The notes beneath the pieces were generated by a model that was given only the letters and a program-made list of their open reading frames with translations, searched no databases and was not told the origin of the DNA. 64,000 bases of DNA from Alphaproteobacteria bacterium. Its GTDB lineage: Bacteria > Pseudomonadota > Alphaproteobacteria > Bin95. Below, one piece after another: positions 60,284 to 64,000 of this stretch. The stretch lies in NCBI GenBank assembly GCA_963665325.3, contig OZ224045.1, positions 1,088,001 through 1,152,000 on the forward strand, read 5' to 3'. Position 1 is the first letter of the stretch; each line of letters begins with the position of its first letter. The translations under genes and the position numbers were made by a program.

Positions 60284-60374
60284 CCGGTTAGGCGCTGTCG
60301 CTGTTCACGCATGGCATCGCGGCGCCCGACACGAAGCCGTCCGGGCGCCGCCGTTCCTTCGCCGGTTCCCGCGC

Positions 60375-61706
60375 TCAGGGCAGGGACTGGCCCTTGTACT
60401 GTTTCTCGAACCGCCGGAGCTGTTCGTTGCCGCGTTTCACTGCGTTGTCGAGCGCCTCCTGCGCCGTCTTCTTGCCGGCCAGCATCTGCTCCAGCTCGTC
60501 GCCGATAATCTTCTTGATCTGCCGGAAGTAGCCGAGGCGCAGTCCTCGCGAGAGCGGCGTGGGCGGCGTCCGGGTCAGGCTTTCGATCGCGACCTCCCGC
60601 CCGGCGTACTTCTCCTGCTTGTAGAAGCCCTTGGCGACGAGCGCGTCGTAACCGCTCCTGGTCGTCGGCACGTAGCCGGTGACGGTGCTCCAGAACTCCT
60701 GCGACTCTACCGACCGGATGAAGTCGAAGAATGCCGCGACGCCCTTGTACTCTGCCTCATCGAAGCCCTTCAGGATCCAGAAGCTGGCGCCGCCGACGAC
60801 GGTATTGTTGGGCGTAACGCCCTCATTGTGCGGCAGGGGGGCCACGTTCCACCTCATCTTGGCGCTCTTCAGCACCGTGCCGTGTGAGGCGATGGAGCCG
60901 AAATAGTGCCCGCACTTGCCGGTGGCGAAGGACTCCCGGGTGCCGACTCCGAACAGCTCCTTGGCGTAGCTTCCGAGCTTTTCGTCGTACCAGCGTTTCA
61001 GCCGTTCGACATGCTGCAGATACGAGGTCTGGTTGAAGACGAGTTCCGCGTCGAGACCGTCGAAGCCATTATTGCGTGTCGAAATCGGCTCGCCGTGCAT
61101 GTAGCTGAACTGCTCCAGATGAACCCAGAGATAGGTGGAGTAGGCGATCGGGCAGGCGATGCCCGAGGCCTTCAGCGTCCGCAGATTCTCCTCGAACTGT
61201 TCCCAGGTTTCCGCCGGCCCCTCGATGCCGGCCTGCTCATACATGTCGATATTGTAGTACATCACCGGCGTCGACGAGTTGAACGGGAAGGAATACAGCT
61301 TGCCGTCCGACGAGGCGTAGTAGCTCATGATCGAGCCGATATAGTCGCTCCAATCGACATCGTACCCGGCGTCTGCCATCAGCTGGTATGCCGGATAGAT
61401 CGCGCCCGAGAGCATCAATGTTCCCGTCGCGGTCTCGACCCCCTGCAGGATGTGGGGATGTTTCTTGGCCCGGTATGCGGCGATGCCGGCCTGGAGCGCC
61501 TGGTCGTAATTGCCCTTGCCGGTACAGACGATCTCGTAGTCGTCCTGCGCGGCGTTGAACCGCTCGCAGACCTTCTCGACCTGCTTGCCCAGATAGCCCT
61601 TGAGGCCGTACCAGAGGTTGATCTTGGTCTTGGCCTCGACCGGCATGGCAAGGCCCACTACCAGGAGACCCAGAACGGCGGCTGCCGTCAGCGTCTTGCG
61701 TTCCAT
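60375..61706 (-). CDS. ugpB: sn-glycerol-3-phosphate ABC transporter substrate-binding protein
   Basis: KGNYDQAL.AGIAAYRA, S.PFNSSTP.MYYN, GGASFW, TGYVP.T, RGLRLG, RGN..LRRFE. Confidence 0.9.
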   Translation of the reverse strand: MERKTLTAAAVLGLLVVGLAMPVEAKTKINLWYGLKGYLGKQVEKVCERFNAAQDDYEIVCTGKGNYDQALQAGIAAYRAKKHPHILQGVETATGTLMLSGAIYPAYQLMADAGYDVDWSDYIGSIMSYYASSDGKLYSFPFNSSTPVMYYNIDMYEQAGIEGPAETWEQFEENLRTLKASGIACPIAYSTYLWVHLEQFSYMHGEPISTRNNGFDGLDAELVFNQTSYLQHVERLKRWYDEKLGSYAKELFGVGTRESFATGKCGHYFGSIASHGTVLKSAKMRWNVAPLPHNEGVTPNNTVVGGASFWILKGFDEAEYKGVAAFFDFIRSVESQEFWSTVTGYVPTTRSGYDALVAKGFYKQEKYAGREVAIESLTRTPPTPLSRGLRLGYFRQIKKIIGDELEQMLAGKKTAQEALDNAVKRGNEQLRRFEKQYKGQSLP

Positions 61707-61952
61707 TGGGGGGTCCTTTCTCCGGTCGGCAGATCGACCGGATAGGGCAGTATCCTCCTTGGTCGCATGAGAGTCGATTCGGCGGACGCGAGTGGAGACG
61801 ACACGAATGCTGACAACTACCCCGTCTCCGGAAGGCCGTTGTGTTTTCGCGCCGGGATTTGCCCGGCCTTGACAGGGGATGCGGCCACCGGCTCTTCATC
61901 GGTTCGTCGGCCGGGAAGGCGCTTCGCTCGCCCGCAGGAAGGCTGCGCTCGA

Positions 61953-63470
61953 ATGGTTTCGGAAGGCCCGGCTCCGCGCGATGTGGACCTGCTTGTCATC
62001 GGCGGCGGCGTCAACGGCGCCGGCATCGCACGGGATGCGGCGGGACGCGGCCTTGAGGTCCTGCTGTGCGAACGCGACGATCTCGCTGCGCACACCTCAT
62101 CCGCCAGCACCAAGCTGATCCATGGCGGGCTTCGCTATCTGGAGCAGTACGACTTCCGGCTCGTGCGCCATTCGCTGCGCGAACGCGAAGTGCTGCTGCG
62201 CAACGCGCCGCACATAATCTGGCCGCTGCGTTTCGTGCTCCCGCACCATGCCGGGCTGCGCCCCTGGTGGATGATCCGGCTGGGCCTCTTCCTCTATGAC
62301 CGTCTGGGCGGTCGCGCCTCGCTGCCGCCCTGCGCGAGTATCGACCTTCGCCGGCATGAGAGCGGGGGGGCCTTGCAGCGCCGATACCGCCGAGCTTTCG
62401 AGTATTCCGACTGCTGGGTGCAGGACTCGCGCCTGGTGGTGCTGAACGCTCGCGACGCCTGCGCGCGGGGCGCGGAAATCCGGACCCGCACGGAATGCGT
62501 GTCGCTCTCTCCGGGCGCTTCACGATGGGAAGCCGTTCTGGAAGACCGGCTGTCGGGCGAGCGATTCACCGTCCTGGCGCGGAGCGTCGCCAACGCGACC
62601 GGCCCCTGGGTGAGCCGCACCCGTTCGCTCGCCGGCCGCGGCGGCGCGGAGCAGGAGGTGAGGCTCGTCAAGGGCAGCCATATCGTGGTGCGCAGGCTTT
62701 TCGACCACGCCCATCCCTACATCTTCCAGAGCGGAGACGGGCGGGTGCTGTTCGCGATCCCCTTCGAGGAGGATTTCACGCTCCTCGGGACGACCGATGC
62801 GGACTTCGAAGGCGAGCCGGGGCGGGTCGGGATTTCGCCCGGTGAAATCGACTATATCTGCGCGGCTGCCAATCTCTATTTCGAGGCGCCGGTCACTCCG
62901 GACGACGTGGTGTGGAGCTATTCCGGCATCCGTCCGCTGTACGACGACCGTGCGGAAAAGGCGAGCGAGGTCACGCGCGACTATGTGCTGGAGCTCGACC
63001 GCGTGCCGGCGCCGATGCTCTCTGTGTATGGCGGCAAGATCACGACCTACCGCAGGCTTGCCGAGCAAGCGGTGGACCTGCTGTCCCGGCCTCTCGGCGT
63101 CGACAGGCCGGGATGGACCCGCGATGCGCCGCTTCCCGGCGGGGATATTCCCGATGCGGACATCGCTTCATTCGCAACGGAGTGCGCGGCGCGCCATTCA
63201 TGGCTGCCCGAGCAGCTTCTCGGGCATTACATGCGCCACTACGGAACCGAGACGGATGCCCTGCTCGCCGGCTGCGCCAGCGTCGCGGACCTGGGAGAGC
63301 ATTTCGGAGCCGGGCTCTACGCGGCGGAGGTCGATTATCTGGTGCGTTGCGAATGGGCCCTGACCGCCGAGGACATCCTGTGGCGGCGCACGCGGAAGGG
63401 CCTTGGCGTCCCGGCCGAAGGAGCGGAGCGCCTCGGAGCCTATCTTCGAACGGTCTGCGGCGCTTCCTGA
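61953..63470 (+). CDS. glpD: Aerobic FAD-dependent glycerol-3-phosphate dehydrogenase
   Basis: IGGGVNGAGIARDAAGRGL, TSSASTKLIHGGLRYLE, VKGSHI, SGIRPLYDD, GGKITTYRRLAE. Confidence 0.95.
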   Translation: MVSEGPAPRDVDLLVIGGGVNGAGIARDAAGRGLEVLLCERDDLAAHTSSASTKLIHGGLRYLEQYDFRLVRHSLREREVLLRNAPHIIWPLRFVLPHHAGLRPWWMIRLGLFLYDRLGGRASLPPCASIDLRRHESGGALQRRYRRAFEYSDCWVQDSRLVVLNARDACARGAEIRTRTECVSLSPGASRWEAVLEDRLSGERFTVLARSVANATGPWVSRTRSLAGRGGAEQEVRLVKGSHIVVRRLFDHAHPYIFQSGDGRVLFAIPFEEDFTLLGTTDADFEGEPGRVGISPGEIDYICAAANLYFEAPVTPDDVVWSYSGIRPLYDDRAEKASEVTRDYVLELDRVPAPMLSVYGGKITTYRRLAEQAVDLLSRPLGVDRPGWTRDAPLPGGDIPDADIASFATECAARHSWLPEQLLGHYMRHYGTETDALLAGCASVADLGEHFGAGLYAAEVDYLVRCEWALTAEDILWRRTRKGLGVPAEGAERLGAYLRTVCGAS

Positions 63471-64000
63471 CGCCAGGGCGCCAGCGCCTCGATGGCGCGG
63501 TCGGGATAATCGGTAACGATGCCATCGACGCCAAGCCGGGCCATCGCCTGCATCTCGCGAACCTCGTTCACCGTCCAGACGATGACCTTGAGGCCGAGGT
63601 CCCGGGCTTCGGCCAACGATTCAGCCGTCAGTTCGGAATAGTACGGAGACCATACCGGTCCGCCGAATCGATGCACCATCCTCGGCACCGAGCCGCCATG
63701 CTCGTGGATATTCAGGCCCGCGGTCCAGGGAGAAGGTCCGGGCCGGTCGCGCAATATGTTATCGCGCCAGCTTTGCTCGGCCGTGAGGCAGGCGATGGGA
63801 AGGTCCGGCGCTAGCTTGCGAATCTCGACAAGCGCGCGCCAGTCGAACGCCCGGACGCTCGCCCGAGACATCATCCCCTCCGCCCTGAGCGCCGCCACGA
63901 CCGCCCTCGCGAACGTCGCCGGCGCCGCCGTCTCGCCCGGCGCCAGCGGCGACAGCTTGATTTCGATGCCGAAGCGGACGGCGCCGGCCCCGGGCCGCCG
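63440..64000 (-). CDS. Glycerophosphodiester phosphodiesterase (5' end outside window)
   Basis: IEIK, FDW, VIVWTVN, GVDGIVTDYPD; glp/ugp context. Confidence 0.88.
   Translation of the reverse strand, partial: RRPGAGAVRFGIEIKLSPLAPGETAAPATFARAVVAALRAEGMMSRASVRAFDWRALVEIRKLAPDLPIACLTAEQSWRDNILRDRPGPSPWTAGLNIHEHGGSVPRMVHRFGGPVWSPYYSELTAESLAEARDLGLKVIVWTVNEVREMQAMARLGVDGIVTDYPDRAIEALAPWRQEAPQTVRR

Overview
High-GC alphaproteobacterial-type DNA with two housekeeping or catabolic flanks around a heavily rearranged accessory island of about 40 kb. Left flank (1-15.2 kb): tctA end, LLM oxidoreductase, an IS5 next to a highly structured MITE, a polysaccharide-deacetylase-family amidohydrolase, a Dpp/Opp ABC transporter, two SDRs and a hydantoinase/oxoprolinase A/B pair. 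The island (about 15.2-55.1 kb) starts where a second hydantoinase-A gene breaks off after about 18 codons, followed by a tyrosine integrase. It holds two complete IS21 elements, IS3, IS66, IS1595 and IS1-like remnants, an 80-bp mini-IS21 and scrambled gene fragments. It also holds many nucleic-acid enzymes (Zn-ribbon GIY-YIG, several EEP nucleases, a secreted HNH-Excalibur protein, an exonuclease-RecQ-UvrD fusion), a triple cold-shock-domain protein and an AbiE toxin-antitoxin pair. Right flank (55.1-64 kb): MFS, a beta-propeller protein, ugpBAEC, glpD and a glycerophosphodiesterase. The best candidate for an undescribed system is the lower-GC, translationally coupled operon at 38211-41180: alpha/beta hydrolase (C-terminus resembles sigma region 2), ECF sigma factor, and a zinc-binding anti-sigma fused to a degenerate SLOG cluster-2 domain. 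This would be a nucleotide-signal-gated transcription switch. A second candidate is the three-gene TIGR04255-like / unknown / ART-like toxin module at 45528-47367. All family calls come from motif recognition by eye; no database searches were run.
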